Source: an uncultured Candidatus Saccharibacteria bacterium (GTDB lineage Bacteria; Patescibacteriota; Minisyncoccia; Phycocordibacterales; PALSA-1337). From it: DNA of 64,000 nt. The stretch lies in the NCBI GenBank assembly GCA_964600255.1, contig CAZRIX010000001.1, forward strand, positions 118,542-182,541. The letters are read 5' to 3'. Under the pieces are notes generated by a model, which searched no databases, was not told where the DNA came from, and saw only the letters and a program-made list of their open reading frames with translations. A program made the translations under genes and the position numbers. This document shows, piece after piece, positions 42,420 through 52,609 of this stretch (positions are counted from its first letter, which is position 1; each line of letters opens with the position of its first letter).

Positions 42420-43478
42420 TTATATCATTCGTTCAAGATTTTTTGGGTTTGTTGAATTCACATATGCATTCTCCACAGTAATCTCACCCCTTCTTACGAG
42501 TTCTGCCAATGATCTATTCATGTCGATCATACCCTCACCAGAACTAGTCTCTATGACTGTATTGATTTCATGAATTCTTTTCTCTCTAATCAAGTTTGCT
42601 ACAGCTGTATTGTTTATAAGCAGTTCATATGCAGGAATCAAACCTCCAGATATTCTAGGGATCAATCTCTGAGAGAATATTCCCGTCAAACTTCCTGCAA
42701 GCTGTACACGTATCTGATCCTGTTGGCCAGGTGGGAACGAGTCAATAATACGGTTGATGGTTTGAGCGGCATTGTTTGTATGCAAAGTTGAAAAAACTAG
42801 GTGACCAGTTTCAGCTGCAGTTACGGCTGTAGATATAGTGTCTATATCTCGCATCTCACCCACAAGGGCAACATCCATATCTTGTCTAAACATTGCAACA
42901 AGTGCATCTTTGAAATCTGGAGTATCGAGTCTTACCTCTCTCTGATCAATTATTGATTTCTTTGAATCATAGATATATTCAATCGGATCCTCAATAGTCA
43001 TAATGTGTTCACTTCTGGTTTGATTTATGATCTCAATGAGTGAGGCTAGTGTAGTACTTTTACCTTGGCCGATAGGTCCCACACAAAGGAAGAAGCCTTG
43101 TGGCTTACGAGTAAAAGATTCTAGAATCGGTGGCAGGTTGAGTTCAGCTAGTGTTCGGACTTGTTTAGGGATCAATCTTAGCGCGACAGAAATCATTCCC
43201 TGACGATAATATGCATTACCACGGAATCTAGCGTTAGTAAGGCTATATGAAAAATCCACATCTTTGTCTTTTTCAAACATCACCTTATTTGCATCAGACA
43301 AGAACTCATTGATGTAACCTTTCATCTGTGCGGCTGTGATGACAGATTTTTTAGCTAGAGGAATCAAACTGCCAGATACACGGATTAGAGGATTTCGTCC
43401 TTCAGAAAGATGCAGATCTGATGCACCTTCATTGATTACGTTTGATACTAATTCTTCAATTTCTTTTTTATAATCCAT
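42420..43478 (-). CDS. pilT: Type IV pilus retraction ATPase
   Basis: ASDLHL, GQGKSTTLA, TIEDPIEY, GEMRD, AAETGHLVFSTLHTN, RIID. Confidence 0.92.
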   Translation of the reverse strand: MDYKKEIEELVSNVINEGASDLHLSEGRNPLIRVSGSLIPLAKKSVITAAQMKGYINEFLSDANKVMFEKDKDVDFSYSLTNARFRGNAYYRQGMISVALRLIPKQVRTLAELNLPPILESFTRKPQGFFLCVGPIGQGKSTTLASLIEIINQTRSEHIMTIEDPIEYIYDSKKSIIDQREVRLDTPDFKDALVAMFRQDMDVALVGEMRDIDTISTAVTAAETGHLVFSTLHTNNAAQTINRIIDSFPPGQQDQIRVQLAGSLTGIFSQRLIPRISGGLIPAYELLINNTAVANLIREKRIHEINTVIETSSGEGMIDMNRSLAELVRRGEITVENAYVNSTNPKNLERMI

Positions 43479-43480
43479 AC

Positions 43481-43870
43481 TTATTGTTTTTTAACTCCTG
43501 AATAAATTTTTTGAACTTCACTCAAAACTTCTGAAGGAATTGTGGTTGCCTTAATGATATAACCATCTACATTCAACTTCTTTGCTTTTGCAATATCATC
43601 AGGTAGACCCTGATTTGTAAGCATTATTACAACTGTATCGGTAACAAGTTTTTCTTTTCTTAATATCGCAAGGAATTCCAAACCATCCATTCCTGGCATT
43701 ACGATATCTAGCAACAATATGTCTGGATTCAAACCATCTCGAATCACCTTCAATGCTTCTTCTGGAGCTTGTGCAGTATGAATAGTGTAATTATTCTTTG
43801 AAAACTTCAAAGAATACATATCTAACAAAAATTTATCATCATCTACAAAAAGTACAGTTAATGGTTTCAT
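43481..43870 (-). CDS. Single-domain response regulator (receiver)
   Basis: FVDDD, LLDIVMPGMDG, MLTN, YIIK. Confidence 0.88.
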   Translation of the reverse strand: MKPLTVLFVDDDKFLLDMYSLKFSKNNYTIHTAQAPEEALKVIRDGLNPDILLLDIVMPGMDGLEFLAILRKEKLVTDTVVIMLTNQGLPDDIAKAKKLNVDGYIIKATTIPSEVLSEVQKIYSGVKKQ

Positions 43871-43892
43871 GTATTTATTATATCATGACAAA

Positions 43893-45608
43893 TTAAAGCT
43901 TATTCACTTCTTCAAACGGAATCTGTCTATTAAATGCTTTCAACATGGCATCCTCCTTCATGGTCAACATACCCTTCTGTCTTAATAGTCTACTGATCTC
44001 GAGTTCAGTAGGACTCTTTAGAATCGCCGCCTCGATTTCTTTATCCATTTTAAATACTTCAAACACAGCCATACGTCCACGTGTGCCCTTTGGGTATTCT
44101 GGTGTTGGCTCAATACCATATACAGTATCTGCAAAAGGAATTTCCTTTTTGTACTGTTCAGGCAAGTCGGCAAACTGTTTATCAATAATCATCTTTATAC
44201 TTCCCTCTACTGGTATTGGTTTTCCAGCGCCTGGTGGGAATGTAGAAACAAGCCTCTGTGCAATAGCACAAATCAATGTAGGCGCGATCAAATACGGATC
44301 CACACCCATATCTATTAGACGAGGAATAACTCCAGCAGAATTGTTGGTGTGAAGTGTTGAGAACACGAGGTGACCAGTCAGAGCCGCTTGCACAGCAAGC
44401 TGGGCAGTTTCTTTATCTCGGATCTCACCCACCATGATAATATCTGGGTCCTGACGCAGTGTTGTACGTAGTCCGGCAGCAAAAGTATAACCAATCTCTG
44501 GTCTTACCTGTGACTGACTTACACCATCCATGTTGTATTCAATAGGATCTTCAAGAGAAAGAACGTTCATACCTTCTCGATCAACTTCATTTAGCATTGA
44601 GTATAGTGTTGTAGATTTTCCGGATCCTGTAGGACCAGTAATAAGGATCAGACCATAAGGTCTCTGGATTGCTTCTTTTAGAATATCCAAATTCCTTTTT
44701 GTCATACTCATTTCCTCGATCTTCTTTACGCCTTTTTCTTGATCTAGAATACGCATCACCACCTTCTCTCCATAGTACGCTGGAAATGTAGAAACACGGA
44801 AGTCGATCTTTCTACCATCTATACGTGCTGAGAAACGTCCGTCCTGCGGCTTTCTCTTTTCATCAAGCTTCATATTGCAAAGAACCTTAATACGCGCAAC
44901 AACAGCACTGTGAACTTGTGATGGTAGCACCAAACTTGTATTCAGGACTCCGTCCACACGGAATCTAACTCTAACTTTGTCACGCATATGCTCGACGTGC
45001 ACGTCAGATGCATTACCCTCAGTAGCATAGCGAACTATTGTAGCCACGATCTTTACCACAGGCGCATCTTCTATAATCACTGCATCCTTTTTACTTTCAG
45101 CTTGATCAGACTTGAGATCTAAAGTGCTTGCCTTGTCGATAGACAGAACTGATTCAAGTTCAGTTAGAGCTTTTGATACCTCTCCTCCAATACCTTTGTA
45201 TGATTCTATAACTTTCTGGAAGTCATCGGCAGAAATTAGAAAGACTTTGTATGGAATATTTTTCTTTGATGCAATAAAGTTTAGAGCGTCACGAGCTTCA
45301 ATATTGTCTGGATCTACGATACCTACCTCTAGAGCACCGTCGTTTAATGCAATTGGAACGAACTTGTAGTGAGCAGCGGACTCTTCAGGAATATAATCAA
45401 GAACGTCAAATGGTACAGATGTCTCTCCTAGATTTCTAGTTGGAATATTCAAAAATTCTCCTCTTGCAGCTAGAATATCTTCAGGGTGTACTCCCTTTTC
45501 TATCAAAGCTTGATCTAGAGTTTCGCCTTGAGATACTATCTTTTTTATCTCACTAGCATCATCTTTTGTTATAAGATTTTTATTTATTAAAATATCAATT
45601 ACACTCAT
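43893..45608 (-). CDS. pilB: Type IV pilus assembly ATPase (GspE/PulE family)
   Basis: ASDVHVE, PQDGR, GPTGSGKSTTLY, EDPIEY, LRQDPD, TGHLVFSTLHTN. Confidence 0.93.
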   Translation of the reverse strand: MSVIDILINKNLITKDDASEIKKIVSQGETLDQALIEKGVHPEDILAARGEFLNIPTRNLGETSVPFDVLDYIPEESAAHYKFVPIALNDGALEVGIVDPDNIEARDALNFIASKKNIPYKVFLISADDFQKVIESYKGIGGEVSKALTELESVLSIDKASTLDLKSDQAESKKDAVIIEDAPVVKIVATIVRYATEGNASDVHVEHMRDKVRVRFRVDGVLNTSLVLPSQVHSAVVARIKVLCNMKLDEKRKPQDGRFSARIDGRKIDFRVSTFPAYYGEKVVMRILDQEKGVKKIEEMSMTKRNLDILKEAIQRPYGLILITGPTGSGKSTTLYSMLNEVDREGMNVLSLEDPIEYNMDGVSQSQVRPEIGYTFAAGLRTTLRQDPDIIMVGEIRDKETAQLAVQAALTGHLVFSTLHTNNSAGVIPRLIDMGVDPYLIAPTLICAIAQRLVSTFPPGAGKPIPVEGSIKMIIDKQFADLPEQYKKEIPFADTVYGIEPTPEYPKGTRGRMAVFEVFKMDKEIEAAILKSPTELEISRLLRQKGMLTMKEDAMLKAFNRQIPFEEVNKL

Positions 45609-45612
45609 ATCT

Positions 45613-45981
45613 TTATCTGATTACCCTAACTGACGCTGGCGGCAATACATAACCTCCAACTGGTGCGAATGGATTTGACCTACCGACGTTTTCCTCTGGA
45701 ACCGTGATCGTGTAGTCAACCAAAGAACTATATACTGCACTCTTAAATAAATCCGTTTTGATTCTAATATCATTTACTTGGTTCAATAGAGTAACTATTC
45801 TGTCTGAAACAACCCTAGCATCTGCTGATTCCGCTGAACCACCAACAATTGCGGTATCCAAAGATCCAGTTCCATCTACAGGTTCGCCTTGGTAGTAAAA
45901 ATATATTCCTAAAGACACTACGATTATAATCGCTAGTGCAATGAAAGTTACTTTATTTGGATTGTTTTGTTGTGTATTCAT
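45613..45981 (-). CDS. Pilus assembly membrane protein (PilP-position hypothetical)
   Basis: Single N-terminal TM, GRSNPFAP motif, lies between pilO and pilB. Confidence 0.6.
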   Translation of the reverse strand: MNTQQNNPNKVTFIALAIIIVVSLGIYFYYQGEPVDGTGSLDTAIVGGSAESADARVVSDRIVTLLNQVNDIRIKTDLFKSAVYSSLVDYTITVPEENVGRSNPFAPVGGYVLPPASVRVIR

Positions 45982-45982
45982 T

Positions 45983-46531
45983 TTATTGTTTTAGCCAAAA
46001 GGTCTTAAGTTCTAATGAATAATCATAAACGCCTGTATCACTGGCCTTAAGTGATACTTTTGATATTTCCAAAATACGTAGACTTGCTTCTAGATCTTTC
46101 AAAAAGGCTAGGAACGTGCGGTAATCTGCACTCACATCAAAGTTCAGTGTTACCGTGTTGTATCCTTGATTTGTCTGAGGTGCGCCTACTTCATTATTGG
46201 AAACATTGCTCGGAGTTGTTGTTTTAATATTCTTCACGGCAAGACCATGTCTAGAAGCAACACCGTTTATATCGATGATAAGTCTAACATTATCAACATT
46301 ATTAGGTATAATTTTCTCAAGTCTCTCCTGATCTTCAACGGGTATTTGGTTGTATACGGCCAGGATAGCGTCACGATCTATTACTAGACGCTCAGAATTT
46401 TCAAGAGCGTTCTTGTATTCATCATTTACAATTTTAATAGCCTTAATCTCGTCTATTTTTACTCTAGTAAAGGTAAAATAGGTTCCGATTGCTAGCACTA
46501 TTAGAATTAATCCAGTTGCATTTTTATTCAT
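45983..46531 (-). CDS. pilO: Type IV pilus assembly protein PilO-like
   Basis: N-terminal TM, coiled coil, YRTFLAFLKDLEASLRILEI; operon position. Confidence 0.72.
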   Translation of the reverse strand: MNKNATGLILIVLAIGTYFTFTRVKIDEIKAIKIVNDEYKNALENSERLVIDRDAILAVYNQIPVEDQERLEKIIPNNVDNVRLIIDINGVASRHGLAVKNIKTTTPSNVSNNEVGAPQTNQGYNTVTLNFDVSADYRTFLAFLKDLEASLRILEISKVSLKASDTGVYDYSLELKTFWLKQ

Positions 46532-46536
46532 AAATA

Positions 46537-47208
46537 TTATTGTGTATTTTCTTCAGGCACAACATCAGCACCGATTAGTATCTTCTCGTAATTTAGATCG
46601 CTTGGATTTATACTTGCAGTAAAACTGAATGCAACATTACCTGTTGTAGGGTCTAGCTGTAGATCTGTAAGGATCGGATTCTTTATTACCTTGTTTGTAC
46701 CAAACTTTGCTGACTTACCGAATACATCTGACTGCCATGCGATAGCACTGAAACTACTACCTATACCCTTCATAGATATCTTTGCACCTCCTGAACTATC
46801 GGTTGCATTTGGATCATTGGATTTTGAAGGTGGAGAAAATTCAAATGATGTAAATCTTATTCCATCGGCTGTAAGTAGACTTATGATGTTAAAAATTTCA
46901 GAAACAGCCAAATGGTTTTTGAGTAGTTCATTTGCAGTCTCTATTTTTACACTTGCATTCTTGAGCTTTTCTATTGTTGCAATATCAAAACGTGCTTCAG
47001 CCTTTTTCAAATCATTTGCGTATTGTGTTTGCTGCTTTGTTTGTACATCCTTCCATATTACTGAAAATACAGCACCTGCCATAGAGAAGATAAAAATAAG
47101 AACGGATACGAACATAAAGATACTAGTACTACCAGAATGATGTGTAACCTTTTGGTCCATCAATATTGGTTTCTTTGGGATGAACGATGTTTGGAACTTT
47201 GTATCCAT
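46537..47208 (-). CDS. Type IV pilus assembly protein PilN-like
   Basis: QTSFIPK N-terminus, TM, coiled coil; follows pilM. Confidence 0.65.
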   Translation of the reverse strand: MDTKFQTSFIPKKPILMDQKVTHHSGSTSIFMFVSVLIFIFSMAGAVFSVIWKDVQTKQQTQYANDLKKAEARFDIATIEKLKNASVKIETANELLKNHLAVSEIFNIISLLTADGIRFTSFEFSPPSKSNDPNATDSSGGAKISMKGIGSSFSAIAWQSDVFGKSAKFGTNKVIKNPILTDLQLDPTTGNVAFSFTASINPSDLNYEKILIGADVVPEENTQ

Positions 47209-47226
47209 TTGTTTAATTATAAGTGA

Positions 47227-48351
47227 TTAGTCTATTTCAGACAAACGACGTAATGCACACCCAATGGCAACTGCAAATTCTGGACCAGCCTGCTGGAACT
47301 GTTCTCCATAAAATGCTGGAACCTCGAGCTTTCCAAATGGATTGGCATATACTATTTCAGTCTGGAAACTAATCCTTGCAAGATCAGTAAAACCTTTTAG
47401 TAGAACTCCGCCCCCCGTTAGCACTACTTTACTAATATTCTTCGAATACTTCCTTTGATAGTTCGTCATTGCAGCATTCGCCTCGTAGAAGATATAGTCC
47501 AGGTTAACCGTTATCACCTCAGTAAGCTCCTTGTATTCTGGGCCACCCTTTAGACCATATGATCTCTTAAGATTCTCCGCCTCATTCACTGTAAGACTAA
47601 GAGATTTTGAAATCGCAAGAGTAATATCTTGAGATCCACGATTAATAATATGAGATGCGCGCAGGATACCTCTTTCAAGTATATAAAGCTTTGTTGCTTG
47701 CGCACCCATATCAAGAATCATTACAGCTTGAATACCTTGTTCAACAACGGCTCGAATAGAACTGAAAATTTCTATTTCGTAAAAAGATGGCTGTAGACCC
47801 AAACCAGCTGCGATAGCTTGATAGTTGTTTATGTATTCATTATGAATCGCCACAACTAGCACATCGAGATTTTGCTTTGTCACATCTTTCTTCTCTACCC
47901 CATCCTGGTCATCATTTGTAAGCGCGTCTTCTTTGGGTATGATCGAATAGTCGAACATAACTTCACTCATAGGCACTGGGATGTACTTGCGTGCTTCAAT
48001 AGATATAACTTCTGGTAATTGCTTCTCCTGTACCGGAGGAACTGAAATAAAAGTAATTAGACTAGAAGAAAGTGGCAAAGATATTCCACATGCTGTAGTA
48101 GTTGTTTTTGCTTCTCGCATGATATCCCTAACAGCCTCTATAATCTTTTCTTTAGGAAGATTCGTAGAACGACCAATCTCAATATTGGCATATGGACCAA
48201 GCGCTAGCTCTCCGTAGGTCTCGAGTACAGCTCTACCCCTTTTCTTTCTGATCTGGACTATTTTGATTGCAGATGAGCCAATATCAATACCCAAAACGCT
48301 CTGCACTTTGCCAGCAAACAAACCAGAAAATAACTTATTTAGAAAATCCAT
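47227..48351 (-). CDS. pilM: Type IV pilus assembly protein PilM
   Basis: GIDIGSSAIK, EARKYIP, LDMGA, LTGGG, AVAIGCALR (actin-like fold). Confidence 0.92.
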   Translation of the reverse strand: MDFLNKLFSGLFAGKVQSVLGIDIGSSAIKIVQIRKKRGRAVLETYGELALGPYANIEIGRSTNLPKEKIIEAVRDIMREAKTTTTACGISLPLSSSLITFISVPPVQEKQLPEVISIEARKYIPVPMSEVMFDYSIIPKEDALTNDDQDGVEKKDVTKQNLDVLVVAIHNEYINNYQAIAAGLGLQPSFYEIEIFSSIRAVVEQGIQAVMILDMGAQATKLYILERGILRASHIINRGSQDITLAISKSLSLTVNEAENLKRSYGLKGGPEYKELTEVITVNLDYIFYEANAAMTNYQRKYSKNISKVVLTGGGVLLKGFTDLARISFQTEIVYANPFGKLEVPAFYGEQFQQAGPEFAVAIGCALRRLSEID

Positions 48352-48374
48352 GAATATATTATATCATAGTAACA

Positions 48375-49007
48375 ATGCAATTCCGCAAATTTTTGACCCA
48401 CATTGTTGATTTCATATTCCCACCAAACGAGTTCGAGATGGAGCTCAGGAAAATTGATATTGATAGTGTCTTTACAAGACTACCTAACGCTAGTAAAACT
48501 GAGTTTCCATTTATTTTTTCCATATTCTCATATCAGCACCCTTTGGTAAAAGAACTAGTGTGGCAAATAAAATACAAGAAAAATAGCCATGCTTTAGCAC
48601 TAGCTGGATACTCTATATATACAAGGATAAAAGAAGTCTATGGTGTTAGCACAAAAATACTACTAGTACCTGTGCCGATATCAAAAAGTAGACGTAGAGA
48701 GCGTGGATACAATCAGTGTGAATTAATTATAAATGAAATATTGAAGTATGACACTGGAAATATATTTGAGACCGATTTCGGCCTAATACTGAGGAATCGT
48801 CATATAGAAAAGCAGACTTTCATGAATAAAGATCAGAGAATTGAGAATACGAAAGACATCTTTGATGTGACACATTCTGACAAAACAGATACCCCTGTAA
48901 TAGTAATCGATGATGTTTCAACAACAGGAAGTACGCTTTATGTAGCACGTGAAGCTTTGCTTGATGCTGGTTATAAAAACGTAATCGCATATACCCTAGC
49001 CCACTAG
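48375..49007 (+). CDS. comF: ComF-family competence protein (phosphoribosyltransferase fold)
   Basis: IKY, VPVP...RERGYNQ, IDDVSTTGST. Confidence 0.88.
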   Translation: MQFRKFLTHIVDFIFPPNEFEMELRKIDIDSVFTRLPNASKTEFPFIFSIFSYQHPLVKELVWQIKYKKNSHALALAGYSIYTRIKEVYGVSTKILLVPVPISKSRRRERGYNQCELIINEILKYDTGNIFETDFGLILRNRHIEKQTFMNKDQRIENTKDIFDVTHSDKTDTPVIVIDDVSTTGSTLYVAREALLDAGYKNVIAYTLAH

Positions 49008-49097
49008 TAGTTGTTTATAATTAACTTGATATTAATGCTAGCTGTAATATAGTTATACCAAGTAATTAGTATTACTTTTAATAAATTAATTAATTTT

Positions 49098-49802
49098 ATG
49101 GATAATACAACAGTTCCAGTGCCCCCAGTTGTGCAGGTTCCTCAGTCACCTACTAGTTCAGCATCAAGTTTCGTGGTTGCAAGTCTATACAAAAGACTAG
49201 GCAATATGGTATTAGACACAATCATTTCAGGTATCGCTGTAACTCTTATCTCTGCAGCTATATTTGGTTTTGGTTCTGAGTCACTAACTGCTTCTTTTGT
49301 AACAATAATACTATCAATGGCCTACTACATAGTATCTGAGGTGCTATGGCAGAAGACTCCAGCAAAGTTCATCACTGGAACAAAGGTTGTTATGCGTGAT
49401 GGTAGCAAAGCTCCATTCAAGAACATACTCGGTAGATCATTTGCGAGAATTATTCCTTTTGAACCACTTTCATACCTATTTAGAAAATATCCAGTTGGTT
49501 GGCATGACAAACTGTCAGGTACAGTTGTTGTAGACGCATCAGCAACACAGGAGCAAGTTGCAGCATTAGATTTTGTTGCACTAAAGCAGCAGAAAGCTAC
49601 AGGGGTTTCTATTCTAATACTATTAGTATCATTTGTTATTCCGGTATTAATAATTGTTGTTTTGGCAGGAGTAGTGTTCACATCAATGAACACAGCGCGC
49701 AGCCAGGGTGACGCAGCTAGAGCAAGATACGAAGCAAGCATGCAAGATATAGAGAGTCGTATCACGGATGAAGGAATGACAACTGAGGTAGAGCAATTTT
49801 AA
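49098..49802 (+). CDS. RDD-family membrane protein with a pilin-like C-terminal helix
   Basis: KRLGNMVLD, KTPAK, RSFAR, GWHDKLSGTVVV; C-terminal LAGVVFTSMNTARSQG. Confidence 0.8.
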   Translation: MDNTTVPVPPVVQVPQSPTSSASSFVVASLYKRLGNMVLDTIISGIAVTLISAAIFGFGSESLTASFVTIILSMAYYIVSEVLWQKTPAKFITGTKVVMRDGSKAPFKNILGRSFARIIPFEPLSYLFRKYPVGWHDKLSGTVVVDASATQEQVAALDFVALKQQKATGVSILILLVSFVIPVLIIVVLAGVVFTSMNTARSQGDAARARYEASMQDIESRITDEGMTTEVEQF

Positions 49803-49812
49803 TTCATAGTTA

Positions 49813-49851
49813 AGTAAACAAAAAACCGCCTTGTGCGGTTTTTTGTTTACT
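49813..49851. terminator. Bidirectional rho-independent terminator
   Basis: AGTAAACAAAAAACCGC-CTTGT-GCGGTTTTTTGTTTACT perfect inverted repeat between convergent genes. Confidence 0.85.
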
Positions 49852-49861
49852 ATAAATTTAA

Positions 49862-52489
49862 CTATTTACTATTAATATAAGACCGGGTAACTGGCCCAAA
49901 ATACCCTACTGCAGGTTTAATTCCATTTGCTTGTTGGAACTTTATCAGTGCCTTCTGTGTCAATGGACCAAAATAGTCAGTCTCCTTTCCAACAGATCCT
50001 GCGCCGACACTCGATATAGTATATCCCTGTGAATTTAGAAACTCTTGAAGCTTCTTTACATCTTTATGAATAGCTCCTTGTTGAAGTGACCGACTGAAAC
50101 TTAATCTTATATTTTGAGCACTTACCTTACTAGTATTTGGATTTACAGATAGACCATACTGGTTTATCAACTGGTACGCTTGAGAATTTTGTCCCATACT
50201 TAGTAGATTATTTACACGACTGATTACACTACCGGAACTGCGCGAACTAGAGTTATTATTCACCATTACTTGTATACCTGAATCTGCATAATTCCCCGCT
50301 CTATCTCGTGCTGTCGCTGTAATAGTATGTACACCATAACTTACTTGATTTGAATCTAAACTAACTGTATATGGACTTGTAAGAATTTCAGAACCGATAT
50401 TAATTCCATCAATCTTGAACTGTACACCAACCACGTCTGATCCACTATCTGTACTTACAGCTGTCAGTGATACCGCACTACCAGATATAACCGAACCACT
50501 CAGAGGTGTAGTTATAGAAACAGTAGGGGCAGTATTGTCCACATAAACCATAATAACTGAAGAGGTTGCAGTGTTTGAGTTACTATCAGTAACTAGTGCG
50601 TATATGCTGTAACTACCATTTGCTACTGTGGTTGTATCCCAAGTATATGTATATGTTTCTGCAGAGGTTGTTGATGTTAAAGGTGATCCGAGAGCTATAT
50701 TGTTTAAGTAAAATTGGACTGAACTAACACTAGCAGGGCTTGTGGCACTCGTAACTGCAATTAAGTTTGTTGACGAAGAAATGTATGCACTGTTGGTTGG
50801 ATTGGTGATTGTAACTGTAGGTGATGAGATGGTTCCGTATACGTATGCACCTACATCCCAATTTGCTCCATAACTATTTTGATCAGCAAGTAGAATACCT
50901 GATGGCCAAGAATTCAACGGTGCTAAAGCATACTTATATGTCGACCCCAAATTGGCTCCGGCATTTACTGCTGGTGAGGAAGATCTAAGTGTGTAATCAC
51001 CGGTACTAGTACTCGTCAATAATGGGTTCGTAAGTAATCCATTTGTGTCAAAACCAAGCGCCTTCCATTGAGAAAAGGTGTGATATGCACCATTGTAGAA
51101 TGGTGACGCTCTAGTAGATCCGAAGTAATGATTGTAGTCTGCGGTCAGTCCCCCTGTCGGTGTATTCATATAAAAGCCTGATCCTTCTGAAATAATCAGA
51201 TTATTCTTCATATCAGCAGTTGCACCTGAGGTGAGGTAAAGAAAATCCTGTGTTCCGGTCGTGTAATACGTATTATTATAAACTTTAATACCTGTGGCTG
51301 TGCTTGCCAATTTTACAGCTGGATTAGTGAACAACGTACCGTTTATTACGTTATTATAAAACTGTGATCCTGCTCCTGCGCCACTACTTGCCGTGTATGC
51401 TCCTGACCAACCTCCAGTGATGTAGTTTCGTCGCGCAATTATAGATGTTCCAGCATCAGCACTTTCAGCGACAGCATATTGTCCAGTATTACTAAACAGA
51501 CGTGTAGGTGCCGCAAAGTTAAACAGTGAGTCTTCGACTATATTTTCATAAGCACCACCATGGGTTTGGACACCAACTGCATTCCCAAATGTATCTAGAA
51601 CGTGCACACGCCTGAAAACATTTCCTGTTGAATAAACACTGTAGAACAAAAATGTTCCACCTGCATTGTTCTTTGCAAAAAGATCTACACCCAGATTGTT
51701 TGATCCATAGAAACTCAAGCTATGGTTGGCATTGTCATAGTAGTTACAATTTTTAACGACGATATTTGAACCATAAATAATCATAGCGGACATATTTGTA
51801 TAAGACCTTACAACATCCATATCTTGAAAAACCAACCAACTTGAAGATCGATCGAACTTATCCTTGACGATGTTTGCACGGCTTGATGCCTCGTATGTTA
51901 GTCCGTTAGTAAGTGGGTTTGGATCAGTGCTTGATGAATGGAGGTAGAAAAAGCGATTATTTGAGTCATAATATACTGTCCCTGGAGTTGAAGTTGCTAG
52001 GGCAAGTGAGCTCACAGTTCTGAGTAACACACCATTTTCCCACATGGCAGCACTTGGAGGTTGTGTACCCTCAATAGTGAGAGCAACATTGTACTTATAT
52101 GTATTGTTTGGACCGTCATATACGATGAAATTAGAATTATCAATTATGTCCGAACCGATAAAAACTGGGTTAGCACCTGACCCGTATTTACCGATTGTAA
52201 TTGGATTTCCACTTGTTCCAGAAGAAGGAAATGTCAGAGATTCACGCCATTCTCCGCCAGCCTTAAATAGTACATAGTCTCCTGGACTAAATGTTGAGTT
52301 GTTAACTTTAGAAACCGTTCTCCATGGTGTAGAAACAGACGTAGGGTCAACAGAAGAATCATTTCCAGCTATAGAATCGACATAATATGTTGCAGCATCA
52401 ACAGATGTGGCGCGCATAAAAAACACAAGAAACAACACAAAAACAGATCTATTGATACTTTTTCTAGTCAAACAATTCATTTTTAACAT
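49862..52489 (-). CDS. Secreted surface protein: beta-helix, two Ig-like domains and a peptidoglycan-binding domain
   Basis: Signal peptide, TYYVDS..GND..PWRT, parallel beta-helix repeats, PTVTITNP/PTVSITTP Ig repeats, DVKKLQEFLN...YFGPLTQKALIKFQ. Confidence 0.8.
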   Translation of the reverse strand: MLKMNCLTRKSINRSVFVLFLVFFMRATSVDAATYYVDSIAGNDSSVDPTSVSTPWRTVSKVNNSTFSPGDYVLFKAGGEWRESLTFPSSGTSGNPITIGKYGSGANPVFIGSDIIDNSNFIVYDGPNNTYKYNVALTIEGTQPPSAAMWENGVLLRTVSSLALATSTPGTVYYDSNNRFFYLHSSSTDPNPLTNGLTYEASSRANIVKDKFDRSSSWLVFQDMDVVRSYTNMSAMIIYGSNIVVKNCNYYDNANHSLSFYGSNNLGVDLFAKNNAGGTFLFYSVYSTGNVFRRVHVLDTFGNAVGVQTHGGAYENIVEDSLFNFAAPTRLFSNTGQYAVAESADAGTSIIARRNYITGGWSGAYTASSGAGAGSQFYNNVINGTLFTNPAVKLASTATGIKVYNNTYYTTGTQDFLYLTSGATADMKNNLIISEGSGFYMNTPTGGLTADYNHYFGSTRASPFYNGAYHTFSQWKALGFDTNGLLTNPLLTSTSTGDYTLRSSSPAVNAGANLGSTYKYALAPLNSWPSGILLADQNSYGANWDVGAYVYGTISSPTVTITNPTNSAYISSSTNLIAVTSATSPASVSSVQFYLNNIALGSPLTSTTSAETYTYTWDTTTVANGSYSIYALVTDSNSNTATSSVIMVYVDNTAPTVSITTPLSGSVISGSAVSLTAVSTDSGSDVVGVQFKIDGINIGSEILTSPYTVSLDSNQVSYGVHTITATARDRAGNYADSGIQVMVNNNSSSRSSGSVISRVNNLLSMGQNSQAYQLINQYGLSVNPNTSKVSAQNIRLSFSRSLQQGAIHKDVKKLQEFLNSQGYTISSVGAGSVGKETDYFGPLTQKALIKFQQANGIKPAVGYFGPVTRSYINSK

Positions 52490-52609
52490 TCTTTATAAAA
52501 CTTAATATTATTCGGAATAATAATAGCACACTTTCTACTTACTCCACACCACATACATTCCAGGATAATATACTCCAAACTTAACCTTGATTGGTTTGTT
52601 AATTGATAA

